In this document: one piece after another, positions 49,690-58,039 of the stretch
How positions within the stretch are numbered: position 1 is the stretch's first letter
How the letters are laid out: each line of letters opens with the position of its first letter
Assembly: GCA_965203355.1 (NCBI GenBank)
Contig: OZ241889.1
Coordinates: forward strand, 288,001 to 352,000
Direction: 5' to 3'
DNA length: 64,000 nucleotides
From: Candidatus Latescibacterota bacterium
GTDB taxonomy: Bacteria; Latescibacterota; UBA2968; UBA8231
Notes under the pieces: model-generated
What the model saw: only the letters and a program-made list of their open reading frames with translations
Database searches by the model: none
What the model was told of the DNA's origin: nothing
Position numbers and translations under genes: made by a program

Positions 49690-49720
49690 AGTCTAATAAA
49701 AAAAAAAACTTAGCTGTCAA
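49690..49720 (-). promoter_or_regulatory. Candidate promoter of the peptide operon with T11 in the spacer
   Basis: TTGACA-gctaag-T11-at-TAGACT. Confidence 0.55.
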
Positions 49721-49904
49721 GTACTTTTTGCAACTTTTTGCAAAAAAAATGCGGACGGGAGGACCAGTCCCTTCGCCCGCGTTGGGTTTAACCGTTGTTT
49801 TCGGCAGTTCATTATCCTATAATTCTGCTGTACGGAGATTTGTGGCTGTTAGAATTCTGGCGCGACAACTCCCAATTTTTTTGATGACCTAGGAGAATTA
49901 TTCT

Positions 49905-51551
49905 ATGATCTTGACGCTAGCTATCGGAATACTGCTATCTACGGCACACGACAATCATGCAGAAACACCGCCGCAGCACACCTCGACCGCACTGCGCTGC
50001 GGCACCCCCTACGTGCTCCAAGCCATGGACGCGAGCACCGAACACCCGCGTCTAAAACTCGTGCAGCACCCCCGGCCTGGCACTCAGCACAGCCTGATAA
50101 CGCCCTCCGGTCTTTTCCGCGTCCACTACGACACCGAGGGACGCAATGCGGTTGATTCGGACGACGACGATGGCAACGGCGTCCCGGATTACATCGACCT
50201 AGCCGCTACCGTTCTCGATAGCATTTGGGTGTTGGAAGTCGAGCAACTCGGCTACAATCCGCCCCCTTCGGACAATGGCTTGGGCGGAGGAGACGAATAC
50301 GACGTTTATGTTGTCGAATTAGGAATCGGCAATAGGACTTTTTATGGGTTCGCCTATCCTGGAACACCCAGCGCGATCACCTACAGCCATCTCAAAATCG
50401 ACAACAACTTTACCGACCCAAGCTACAAGCAGACCCGCGGGCTGGACGCCCTGCGCGTGACCATCGCCCACGAGTTCCACCACGCCATCCAGTTTGGCTA
50501 CTACGCAAAATTCGACGGCAGTTGGTGGCAGGAGTCCACCTCGACGTGGATGGAGGAAGTGGCCTATCCACACATCGACGATTACCTCCAGTATTTGACC
50601 CACTTCCTCGGCGAACCTCAACGCGCCCTCAACTCCGGGCCTTGTGGTAGCAACCACACCTACGGGAGTGCGATCTTTTCTTTGTTCCTCGATCAGCACT
50701 ACGGCCGCGAGCTCAACCGCTTGATCTGGGAAGAAATCAAGGCACGCAAAAGCGTCCATCTCGACCACTTCGACCGCGTCATCCGCCAAGTCGAGCCGGG
50801 CGGGCTCGGCGTTGCTATGAGCGAGTTTGCCGTGTGGAACTATTTCACCGGCATTCGCCACCGAGACCAATACTATGCCGAAGCAGACAAATACCCGACC
50901 GTCCCCACCCGCGACATCGCCATCGACGCCGAAGCAGTCGCCCGCGACACCAGCCTCGTCGATGCCACCGGCAGCGTCTATCTGCGCCTTCAGCCGCAAC
51001 TGCGCCCGGGCGGAGTCGATCTCTTCTTCGACGCCAACCAAGGAGCGTGGCGGCGGCACTTGCTCTTAATCGGCCCGGACCGCGTTTCCGTGCAACTCGT
51101 CTCCGAGCCGACCATCCGCGTCACGAGTTGGGACCAGTTCGACGAAATCGTCCTCGTCGCCACTGCCGCCGAGCGCACGGGTCTCGCGCACCAGCACTTC
51201 TTCACCGCGCAGTTCGATCCTAGTCTGATCGAGTCCGACCGGCCCGCCGCCCTCGCCACCCGGCTCAAACCCAACTACCCCAATCCCTTCCGCCCCCCTT
51301 ACCATTCACACACCCGGCTGGCGTTTGACTTAGCCGTCCCCAGCCGAGAAACGCGCCTTGCGCTGTTTACGGCCAACGGCACGCTCGTATGGGAGCAAGA
51401 CTTAGGCGAGCGGGCGGCACGCCCAGACCACGCCGTGCGATGGGATGGCCGCAACCTCGCTGGCAACCTCGTAGCCAGCGGCATCTATCACCTGCTTCTC
51501 GAAGCCGACGGCATCGCCGCTAAACGATCACTTGCGGTGCTGCGCGATTGA
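49905..51551 (+). CDS. Secreted zinc metalloprotease (MXAN_6640-like) with FlgD-Ig C-terminal domain, copy 2
   Basis: RBS AGGAG; RCGTP, AHEFHHAIQFGY; C-terminal half nearly identical to copy 1. Confidence 0.85.
   Translation: MILTLAIGILLSTAHDNHAETPPQHTSTALRCGTPYVLQAMDASTEHPRLKLVQHPRPGTQHSLITPSGLFRVHYDTEGRNAVDSDDDDGNGVPDYIDLAATVLDSIWVLEVEQLGYNPPPSDNGLGGGDEYDVYVVELGIGNRTFYGFAYPGTPSAITYSHLKIDNNFTDPSYKQTRGLDALRVTIAHEFHHAIQFGYYAKFDGSWWQESTSTWMEEVAYPHIDDYLQYLTHFLGEPQRALNSGPCGSNHTYGSAIFSLFLDQHYGRELNRLIWEEIKARKSVHLDHFDRVIRQVEPGGLGVAMSEFAVWNYFTGIRHRDQYYAEADKYPTVPTRDIAIDAEAVARDTSLVDATGSVYLRLQPQLRPGGVDLFFDANQGAWRRHLLLIGPDRVSVQLVSEPTIRVTSWDQFDEIVLVATAAERTGLAHQHFFTAQFDPSLIESDRPAALATRLKPNYPNPFRPPYHSHTRLAFDLAVPSRETRLALFTANGTLVWEQDLGERAARPDHAVRWDGRNLAGNLVASGIYHLLLEADGIAAKRSLAVLRD
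50712..51551. repeat. 840-bp direct repeat, copy 2
   Basis: Matches 46179..47018. Confidence 0.95.
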
Positions 51552-51570
51552 GAAGTTCCAGCGTTGCCAA

Positions 51571-51602
51571 GTCGCCCCTCGCGTGGGGGCGTGGATTGAG
51601 GC
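51571..51602 (+). repeat. Solitary type I-C-like CRISPR repeat (not an array)
   Basis: GTCGCCCCTCGCGTGGGGGCGTGGATTGAggc versus the I-C pattern GTCGCCCC..CGCGGGGGCGTGGATTGAAAC. Confidence 0.65.
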
Positions 51603-51635
51603 GCGATTGAAAAACGCCATATACCAGTTCCAGCG

Positions 51636-51687
51636 TTGACAGTTGCGCTGCGATGACGTATGGTAACGACCCAAATCATACGTCATC
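51636..51687 (+). promoter_or_regulatory. TA promoter with overlapping palindromic operator
   Basis: TTGACA-17 bp-TATGGT; GATGACGTATG-N14-CATACGTCATC perfect inverted repeat. Confidence 0.75.
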
Positions 51688-51701
51688 TGTGGAGACAACT
51701 G

Positions 51702-52046
51702 ATGCAAACCAAGCTCACGCTGCGCTTAGAGGCGCAATTAATCGAACGCGCTAAGGCCCATGCCAAAAAGCAGGGCAAGTCCGTATCGCAGATGGTGGCT
51801 GACTATTTTGCGTTGCTGGATCGAGACGATCTGCTAGAGACGCTACCACCGATCACTCGCTCTTTATACGGTGTCTTGAAAGGCTCTGCGGTTGATGAGG
51901 ATACATACCGCGAACATCTCAATGTCCAGCTACAGGGCCGTCCTACTCACCGCACCAAGGAAGTCCAACTGGGACGTTGCCTGATCGATAGCATGGACGA
52001 TGTTTCTCAGGCACTGTCCATAGCTGAGGAAGAAGACGCTCGGTGA
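51702..52046 (+). CDS. Ribbon-helix-helix antitoxin (DUF6364-like) with an extra C-terminal tail
   Basis: MQTKLTLRLE..IERAKAHAKKQGKSVSQMVADYF..LPPITRSL.G; RBS GGAG. Confidence 0.8.
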   Translation: MQTKLTLRLEAQLIERAKAHAKKQGKSVSQMVADYFALLDRDDLLETLPPITRSLYGVLKGSAVDEDTYREHLNVQLQGRPTHRTKEVQLGRCLIDSMDDVSQALSIAEEEDAR

Positions 52047-52483
52047 GGCTGGTCGATGCTAACCTCTTGGTATATGCCCACGTCGCCGACTTTGACCAAC
52101 ACCGGGCTGCACACGCTTGGCTCGACGACAAGCTAAACGAAACAATTCCACTCGGCCTGCCGTGGTCCAGCCTGTTGGCCTTCGCTCGTTTAGTATCTAA
52201 TCCCCGCATTTTTGAACGCCCGGAACCCATAGCAACAGCTTGGCAACAGGTTGAGTTCTGGCTCGACGCTCCCGCAAGCTGGATACCGCTGGCCACGGAT
52301 CGCCATCGGCAAGTCCTGGCCCCGTTGCTTAAAACCCCAAACCTGCGTGCCGATCACATACCTGACGCTCATCTCGCTGCACTCGCCATTGAGCACGACT
52401 TACTCCTTTGTTCTACCGACACTGATTTCGCCCGCTTCCCCAAGTTGAGTTGGGAAAATCCCCTCGTCAACGTAGAGTTCTAA
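52043..52483 (+). CDS. vapC: PIN-domain (VapC family) toxin
   Basis: LVDANLLVYA, PDAHLAALAIEH, STDTDFARF. Confidence 0.92.
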   Translation: MRLVDANLLVYAHVADFDQHRAAHAWLDDKLNETIPLGLPWSSLLAFARLVSNPRIFERPEPIATAWQQVEFWLDAPASWIPLATDRHRQVLAPLLKTPNLRADHIPDAHLAALAIEHDLLLCSTDTDFARFPKLSWENPLVNVEF

Positions 52484-52486
52484 GTC

Positions 52487-54418
52487 TTGTCAGCGCCTCC
52501 GCGCCGCGTCTCTCTCCGCGCCATTGCCATCGGGGCCATCGGCTGCCTCGTCATCGCCGTGGGCGAGCCTTTTGGCGTCTTGGTGATGCACAGCTCGCCC
52601 ATGGCCGCCGATTACTCAACCGGCGCGGCCCTGTTCTTGTTTTTTCTCGTCACCTTGCTCGTCAATCCGCTCGCCAAATTGCTCACCGGCACCAGCCTGC
52701 ACACCGGCGAGTTGGCCACCGTGTACATCATGATGATCGTGGGGGCCGCCATTCCCTCTTGGGGCCTGACCATGAACCTGATCCCGCTGCTCGGCGGGTT
52801 CTTTTATTACGCCACCCCGGAAAACGACTGGGTCAACACCATCCAGCCCTATATCTCGCGGCTTCTCGTGCCGCAAGACAGCGCGGCCATCCAAAAGCTG
52901 TTTGAAGGCAAAGCCCAAGGCGAACGCATCCCTTGGGGAGCTTGGGCGACGCCGCTGATGGCGTGGAGCCTGTTTGTCGTCAACATGTACTTCACCACGC
53001 TGTGCGTACTCGTCGTACTCCGCAAGCAATGGGTCGAGCGCGAGCGGCTCAACTTCCCGCTGGCCACCTTGCCCATAGCCATGAGCACCCGCGCCAACGA
53101 CCAAGCCATCGCGCCTTTTTACCGCAATTACCTGACTTGGATCGGCTTTGCCATTCCCGCGCTCATCGGCTCTATCAACGCCTTACACCGCTATTTCAAC
53201 TTCATCCCAGGGATTGACCTCAACCTGTGGGTGCCTTTTTTGCGCCACTCCATTTGGGTCAACTTTCGCCCGCACTTCGAGGTGGTTGGCCTCTCCTACT
53301 TGCTCAACCTCGACATCTCTATGGGCGTGTGGGTCTTTGCCTTGCTCAACATGTTGGCCATCGGCTTGTGCCGCATGACCGGGTGGAACATCGGCCCGGA
53401 GCAACCCTATTCTTCGCCCTCCCCACCCAGCATCGCCCACATCGCCCTCGGTGCGTTGTTCTTCTTAGTGCTGTCCAGTTTGTGGAGCGGGCGGCAGCAT
53501 TTGCGCCAAGTCTGGCGCAAGGCTCTGCGCGGCGACGACGCCATCGACGACAGCGGGGAATTGCTTCCGTACCGGGTCGCGGTCTTTGGCTTTATAGCCA
53601 GCTTTCTGCTCGGCCTGTTCGCGCTCTACGCCACCAACATGAACTTGCCGACCGCCTTTGTCTTTCAGCTTTCGGCTCTCGTGATCTTCGTCGGCTTGGC
53701 CCGCATCATCTCGCAGGCCGGGTTGGCCTATTGCCGCGCTCCGGTGGCTCCGGCCGTGTTCACTGTCAACACGCTCGGGTCGTCGTCGGTGGGTGCCCCG
53801 GGCCTGACGGCACTGGCACTCAACTTCCCGTGGTCGGCCGACATCCGCACCTTCGTCATGGCCTCAGCCGCCACCGGCCTCAAGCTGGCGGAAGTAACGC
53901 GCCTAGAGTACCGGCGCGTGTTCTGGGCCATTGCCGCGGCCATCGTCGTCACCCTCGCCGGCTCCATCGCCGCGGTCATCTACCTCGCGTACACCTATGG
54001 GGGCATCAACCTGAGCAGTTGGCAATTCGGCTATATGACGACCTATACCGGCAATTGGATCACCAACAACCTCAACAACATGCAGCCCACCTACGGCTGG
54101 CACTTGTCCTTTGCCGGCCTCGGCGCGTTCTTGATGGGCCTGTTGACCTTCATCAAAAACCGCTTCGTCGGCTTTCCCATTCATCCCATCGGCTTGGCCA
54201 TCGGGCTGCCGCATCCGGTGCAGCTAATCTGGCCGTCGGTCTTTCTCGCTTGGCTGCTCAAGGCGCTCATTCTCAAGTACGGCGGCCCCCGGCTTTACAC
54301 GCGCTTGCGTCCGTTCTTTTTGGGGCTGGTGCTGGGCGCGTTTGGCACCGCTGGATTGTGGCTCATCATCGACTCCTTCACCGGCCTGACCGGCAACCGG
54401 CTGATCAACATCGGGTGA
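52487..54418 (+). CDS. Polytopic membrane protein (DUF6785/DUF6784-like, possible transporter)
   Basis: ELATVY, PWGAW..PL..W, RKQWVERERLNFPL, FPIHPIG, LILKYGG..LY. Confidence 0.75.
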   Translation: MSAPPRRVSLRAIAIGAIGCLVIAVGEPFGVLVMHSSPMAADYSTGAALFLFFLVTLLVNPLAKLLTGTSLHTGELATVYIMMIVGAAIPSWGLTMNLIPLLGGFFYYATPENDWVNTIQPYISRLLVPQDSAAIQKLFEGKAQGERIPWGAWATPLMAWSLFVVNMYFTTLCVLVVLRKQWVERERLNFPLATLPIAMSTRANDQAIAPFYRNYLTWIGFAIPALIGSINALHRYFNFIPGIDLNLWVPFLRHSIWVNFRPHFEVVGLSYLLNLDISMGVWVFALLNMLAIGLCRMTGWNIGPEQPYSSPSPPSIAHIALGALFFLVLSSLWSGRQHLRQVWRKALRGDDAIDDSGELLPYRVAVFGFIASFLLGLFALYATNMNLPTAFVFQLSALVIFVGLARIISQAGLAYCRAPVAPAVFTVNTLGSSSVGAPGLTALALNFPWSADIRTFVMASAATGLKLAEVTRLEYRRVFWAIAAAIVVTLAGSIAAVIYLAYTYGGINLSSWQFGYMTTYTGNWITNNLNNMQPTYGWHLSFAGLGAFLMGLLTFIKNRFVGFPIHPIGLAIGLPHPVQLIWPSVFLAWLLKALILKYGGPRLYTRLRPFFLGLVLGAFGTAGLWLIIDSFTGLTGNRLINIG

Positions 54419-54429
54419 AAGGCAGGGGT

Positions 54430-54501
54430 TAGTGGCCGGTGACCTGTCCCAACCCACCCCCGGAAGCGATCGGGGGACTGACCACTGACCACTGACCACT
54501 G
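54430..54501. repeat. CTGACCA heptamer repeat element, left of the FitAB-like module
   Basis: ttagtggccggtg ... ctgaccactgaccactgaccactg. Confidence 0.7.
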
Positions 54502-54516
54502 GATTGCATCGCAATC
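54502..54516 (+). promoter_or_regulatory. Palindromic operator candidate for the FitAB-like TA
   Basis: GATTGC-atc-GCAATC about 55 bp upstream of the antitoxin start. Confidence 0.45.
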
Positions 54517-54569
54517 ATGGCGTAATTTGGGACCGGACGACCAACAAGGACCAACAAGGACCATATATC

Positions 54570-54812
54570 ATGGCGAGCATCACGATCCGCAATCTCGACG
54601 ACGACGTGAAGACCCAGCTTCGCATGAGGGCGGCGGGAAATGGCCGCTCTATGGAAGAAGAGGCGCGGGTGATCCTGCGCGAAGCCGTCGGACGCAAGCC
54701 GGCTTCGCAAGATCTCGCGAGCATCATCCACACCCATTTCGGACCTGCCAATGGCGTGGACTTAGAGCTACCGCCGCGCGAGCCCGTACGCGAGCCGCCT
54801 CGGTTCGATTGA
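54570..54812 (+). CDS. FitA/StbC-like ribbon-helix-helix antitoxin
   Basis: MASITIRNLDDDVKTQLRMRAAGNGRSMEEEARVIL. Confidence 0.9.
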   Translation: MASITIRNLDDDVKTQLRMRAAGNGRSMEEEARVILREAVGRKPASQDLASIIHTHFGPANGVDLELPPREPVREPPRFD

Positions 54813-54822
54813 AGTAACCGCC

Positions 54823-55245
54823 ATGTTCCTTCTTGATACCAACGTCGTGTCTGAATTGATGCGCCGGGTGCCCGAACCCGCTGTGGCAGCTTGGGCCGCC
54901 AGACATGCTTTGGAGACTCTCTTCTTTTCGGCAGTCAGCGAAGCCGAACTGCGCTACGGTGCCGCCATCATGCCAGAAGGACGCCGCCGGGATACGTTGG
55001 CCGCGGACATCGAGACGATGCTGCGTGCGGCGTTCGATAACCGCGTTCTGCCGTTCGACAGCGATGCGGCACGTGCTTATGCGAGCATTGCCGCCGGGCG
55101 CCGTCTCGCCGGGCGTCCGGTCGCGTCGGCTGATTGCCAGATCGCGGCCATCGCACACTCCCAAGGTATGACTGTGGCAACGCGGAACGTTCGGGATTTC
55201 TCGGACATGGGCATCGACGTGATCGACCCATGGGAGAACGTGTGA
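54823..55245 (+). CDS. vapC: FitB/VapC PIN-domain toxin
   Basis: LLDTNVVSELMR, ELRYG, DCQIAAIA, ATRNVRDF, IDPW. Confidence 0.93.
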   Translation: MFLLDTNVVSELMRRVPEPAVAAWAARHALETLFFSAVSEAELRYGAAIMPEGRRRDTLAADIETMLRAAFDNRVLPFDSDAARAYASIAAGRRLAGRPVASADCQIAAIAHSQGMTVATRNVRDFSDMGIDVIDPWENV

Positions 55246-55431
55246 ACGCCTGATGCCGTGAACTGCTTTAGTGGCCTCTATGGCCCAGCCACCCGCTACG
55301 CCAGTTCGTGGTCAATGCCGAGTTTGATCGAACTGATTGATCTCCATGTAGGCGTCAGCGGCCAGGCTGTCGGCTTGCAAGCTCTTTGCGGACGCGAGCA
55401 AAATCCCAACTCGCCTGCGGCAATGGCTCGC

Positions 55432-55473
55432 TCAGTGGTTAGTGGTCAGTGGCCACTGACCACTGACCACCGA
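55432..55473. repeat. Palindromic heptamer repeat element, right of the FitAB-like module
   Basis: tcagtggttagtggtcagtgg-ccactgaccactgaccaccga. Confidence 0.8.
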
Positions 55474-55484
55474 CCACCATCTTA

Positions 55485-56594
55485 ATGAACGCATACCAAC
55501 GCTTCGTCCGTCCCCTCCTGTTCCGCTGCGACCCAGAGCGCATCCACGAACAAACCCTCGCGCTCGGCGAGCGAGTCGGCTCTGTCGCGCTTGGCCGCCA
55601 TCTGCTTGCCAGTCTCTTTGCCTTTGCGGACGCACGGCTTTCTACCCAAGTGGGCGGCTTGCACTTTGCCAATCCGCTGGGCATGGCCGCGGGGTTCGAC
55701 AAAAATGGCCGGGCGATCCAAGCGTTGGCGGCCATGGGCTTTGGGTTTGTGGAAGTGGGGTCGGTATCGGCGCATCCTTCGGCGGGCAATCCCCGGCCGC
55801 GCTTGTTCCGCTTGCCGTTGGACGAGGCCATTGTGGTCAACTATGGAGTGCCCAATGACGGGGCCGCGGTCGTGGCCGAGCGCGTGGCCCAGCGGCCGAC
55901 GCCCGTGCCCTTGGGAGTCAATCTCGTCGAAACCAATACCGGGCAGGCCATGACGCCCGATGCGGTCGTGGCCGAGCTGGCCGCGGCCCTTGTCCCCTTT
56001 GTCGGGCGCGCCTCCTACATCGCGTTCAACCTCAACTGTCCGAACACGACCGGCGGCGTCAGTCCATTCACCAGCGGGGAGCACCTGCACAACTTGCTGC
56101 GGGAATGCGCGGCCATCGACGACCTGCCGCCGATCTTTCTCAAGCTCACCGCACACACCAACCCGGCGCGGCTGGACTGGATGCTGGAGACGGTCGATCC
56201 GTTTGCCTGCGTCAAGGGCTTCATCTTCAACCTGCCGCCGGGCGCGAACTATTCGCTCAAGTCGCCAGCCCATCTTGTGGGTCCGCTGCCCGGGACCTTG
56301 TGCGGGCGGCCCGTTCAGGCCCTGATCGACGAAACCGTGCGCTTCTGGTATAAGCGCATCGACCGCCAGCGGCATGCGATCATTGGCGTGGGAGGGATTT
56401 CATCGGCCCGCGACGCCTACCGCAAAATTCGCCTCGGCGCTTCGCTGGTGCAGCTATACTCAGCGTTGGTTTTCAGGGGGCCGGGCCTCGTGCGGCAAAT
56501 CAACGCGGGGTTAGCGCATCTATTGGAGCGCGATGGGTTTGCCCGGGTGGGCGACGCGGTTGGCATCGACAATCAAGCAAAAGCTGCGGTGTAG
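55485..56594 (+). CDS. pyrD: Quinone-type dihydroorotate dehydrogenase homologue (divergent)
   Basis: DPERIH, NPLGMAAGFDKNG, GNPRPRLFRL, IIGVGGI, GASLVQLYS. Confidence 0.8.
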   Translation: MNAYQRFVRPLLFRCDPERIHEQTLALGERVGSVALGRHLLASLFAFADARLSTQVGGLHFANPLGMAAGFDKNGRAIQALAAMGFGFVEVGSVSAHPSAGNPRPRLFRLPLDEAIVVNYGVPNDGAAVVAERVAQRPTPVPLGVNLVETNTGQAMTPDAVVAELAAALVPFVGRASYIAFNLNCPNTTGGVSPFTSGEHLHNLLRECAAIDDLPPIFLKLTAHTNPARLDWMLETVDPFACVKGFIFNLPPGANYSLKSPAHLVGPLPGTLCGRPVQALIDETVRFWYKRIDRQRHAIIGVGGISSARDAYRKIRLGASLVQLYSALVFRGPGLVRQINAGLAHLLERDGFARVGDAVGIDNQAKAAV

Positions 56595-56598
56595 CCAC

Positions 56599-57486
56599 CT
56601 ACCGAATTCGCGCGTTGACCTGCAAATCCCACGCCCTCCAGTAGTACTTGAGCGGATCGTCCGCGCTCCACTGGGCGTAAATGTCCTCCCAATCCGCAAA
56701 GTGCATGTGCGGCTCCAGCGAATCTTCGCGCACGGGGTGGCTCATGGGCTGGTAGCGATAGTCGAGCGAGATGCGCAGGCGGTCGCCGCTTTGGTTGTCT
56801 TGGCCCTGATGCGCGGTGAGACTGTGGCATATCAGCACGTCTCCAGCACAAAAGTCGCCGCCCGCCCACAGCGTGTCCTCGGGCAGCGCGATGGCGTGGC
56901 CGCCCGCGCCGGTCGCCTTATGCACGTCTAGCTTGCCCAGCGTGTGGCTACCCGGTGCCACCGCCAAGCTGCCCAGCGTGGCCGGACAGTCGCCAGCCGG
57001 AATCCACGCGGTCCACGTCTCGTCCGTGCCGCCGATGTAGAAATTGTCCTGATGCGGCGGGGTGGTGTGCGCTAAGGCGTTGGGGAAAATCACCCGGCAG
57101 ATATTGCGGCTGTGGGGCAAAGCCTCCTCGCCAAAGAGCGTGGCAAACATCGCCAAGATCGCCGGATGCAGGGCCAAAGCGTTGAAGGCACGCAACCGCT
57201 GAACATCAACGTAAAAGGCGATCCACTCGGGCGAATTGCCTTCGACGAAAAGCTGCCCGTCGCGAGCGACTCCGTCCATCAAGGGCGCGCTGTCGTCAAG
57301 CCAGCCGTGCTGCTGACAAACTTCGAGGATCTGGCGGCGCAGGTCGAGCACCGACGCTACATCCAACAGCGAGCGGAAGAACAAATAGCCCTGCTCGGCC
57401 GCGCGCTCGCGCAATGCCTCGGGCGCGTCAAGCAGGGGGGTGGAATCGACGAAAGGTTCGAGGTTAATCATAGTCTGCTGGGCCAT
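56599..57486 (-). CDS. Phytanoyl-CoA dioxygenase family (Fe/2OG) protein
   Basis: TPPHQD, WTAWIP, PGSH, GDVLICHSLTAH, RISLDYRYQ; ATG 57486 after AGGAG. Confidence 0.9.
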   Translation of the reverse strand: MAQQTMINLEPFVDSTPLLDAPEALRERAAEQGYLFFRSLLDVASVLDLRRQILEVCQQHGWLDDSAPLMDGVARDGQLFVEGNSPEWIAFYVDVQRLRAFNALALHPAILAMFATLFGEEALPHSRNICRVIFPNALAHTTPPHQDNFYIGGTDETWTAWIPAGDCPATLGSLAVAPGSHTLGKLDVHKATGAGGHAIALPEDTLWAGGDFCAGDVLICHSLTAHQGQDNQSGDRLRISLDYRYQPMSHPVREDSLEPHMHFADWEDIYAQWSADDPLKYYWRAWDLQVNARIR

Positions 57487-57490
57487 TAAT

Positions 57491-57943
57491 TCACTCCTCT
57501 GGTCTGTCTCTGATGGCGCGTAAGGTTTGAATGTATGCTGCGGAAAGTCCGTGTTCGGTCGCCCCCTTAATGACCGCGTGGAGGTATTCTTCCGAGGGCG
57601 GATAGTGGTGTCCGGCGTCGAGGCGGGAGAGATACGTCCAAACTTCGCCAAACTTAGGGATGGTTATCGTGTCCCGCCGATATTTAGTGCCCTCGCTTTC
57701 GTAGTGATCGAGGCGTCTGAAGTCGTCCGGCGTCACGGCATAGATAACGCCTTCGACGGACGTTTCTTCGTTGGGCCGGATGCTGGCCACGCCCATGCCG
57801 CTGCGCGTAAAGGAGATCATCGGAAAACACAGCTCGTACCCTGCTAGGCACACCACAGAGTGGACGCGGGCACCCGGGCAACGAGCCTGCATCTGGCTCC
57901 AGAGCAAATTGGACCCATAGGCAAAGTAGAGCATTTCGGTCAC
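57491..57943 (-). CDS. Gamma-glutamylcyclotransferase family protein
   Basis: LYFAYGSNL, VEGVIY, LDHYE, PSEEYL; GTG 57943 (or ATG 57934). Confidence 0.88.
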   Translation of the reverse strand: MTEMLYFAYGSNLLWSQMQARCPGARVHSVVCLAGYELCFPMISFTRSGMGVASIRPNEETSVEGVIYAVTPDDFRRLDHYESEGTKYRRDTITIPKFGEVWTYLSRLDAGHHYPPSEEYLHAVIKGATEHGLSAAYIQTLRAIRDRPEE

Positions 57944-57963
57944 GACCCGATCTCCTGTGGATT

Positions 57964-57991
57964 TTGACAAGAAGTGCGGATATAGTACCAT
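57964..57991 (+). promoter_or_regulatory. sigma70-type promoter for the AAA ATPase gene
   Basis: TTGACA-16 bp-TACCAT. Confidence 0.55.
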
Positions 57992-58039
57992 TCAGGCTTG
58001 CCGCACGCAAACACGGCCCAACAACGCTTTCAGGCGTCC

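Noticed and set aside
51542-51640. CRISPR array
   Set aside because: Only one repeat unit, no regular repeat-spacer period and no cas genes; reported as a solitary repeat instead.
55258-55431. Small ORF or gene remnant after the FitB-like toxin
   Set aside because: No recognisable motif or RBS.
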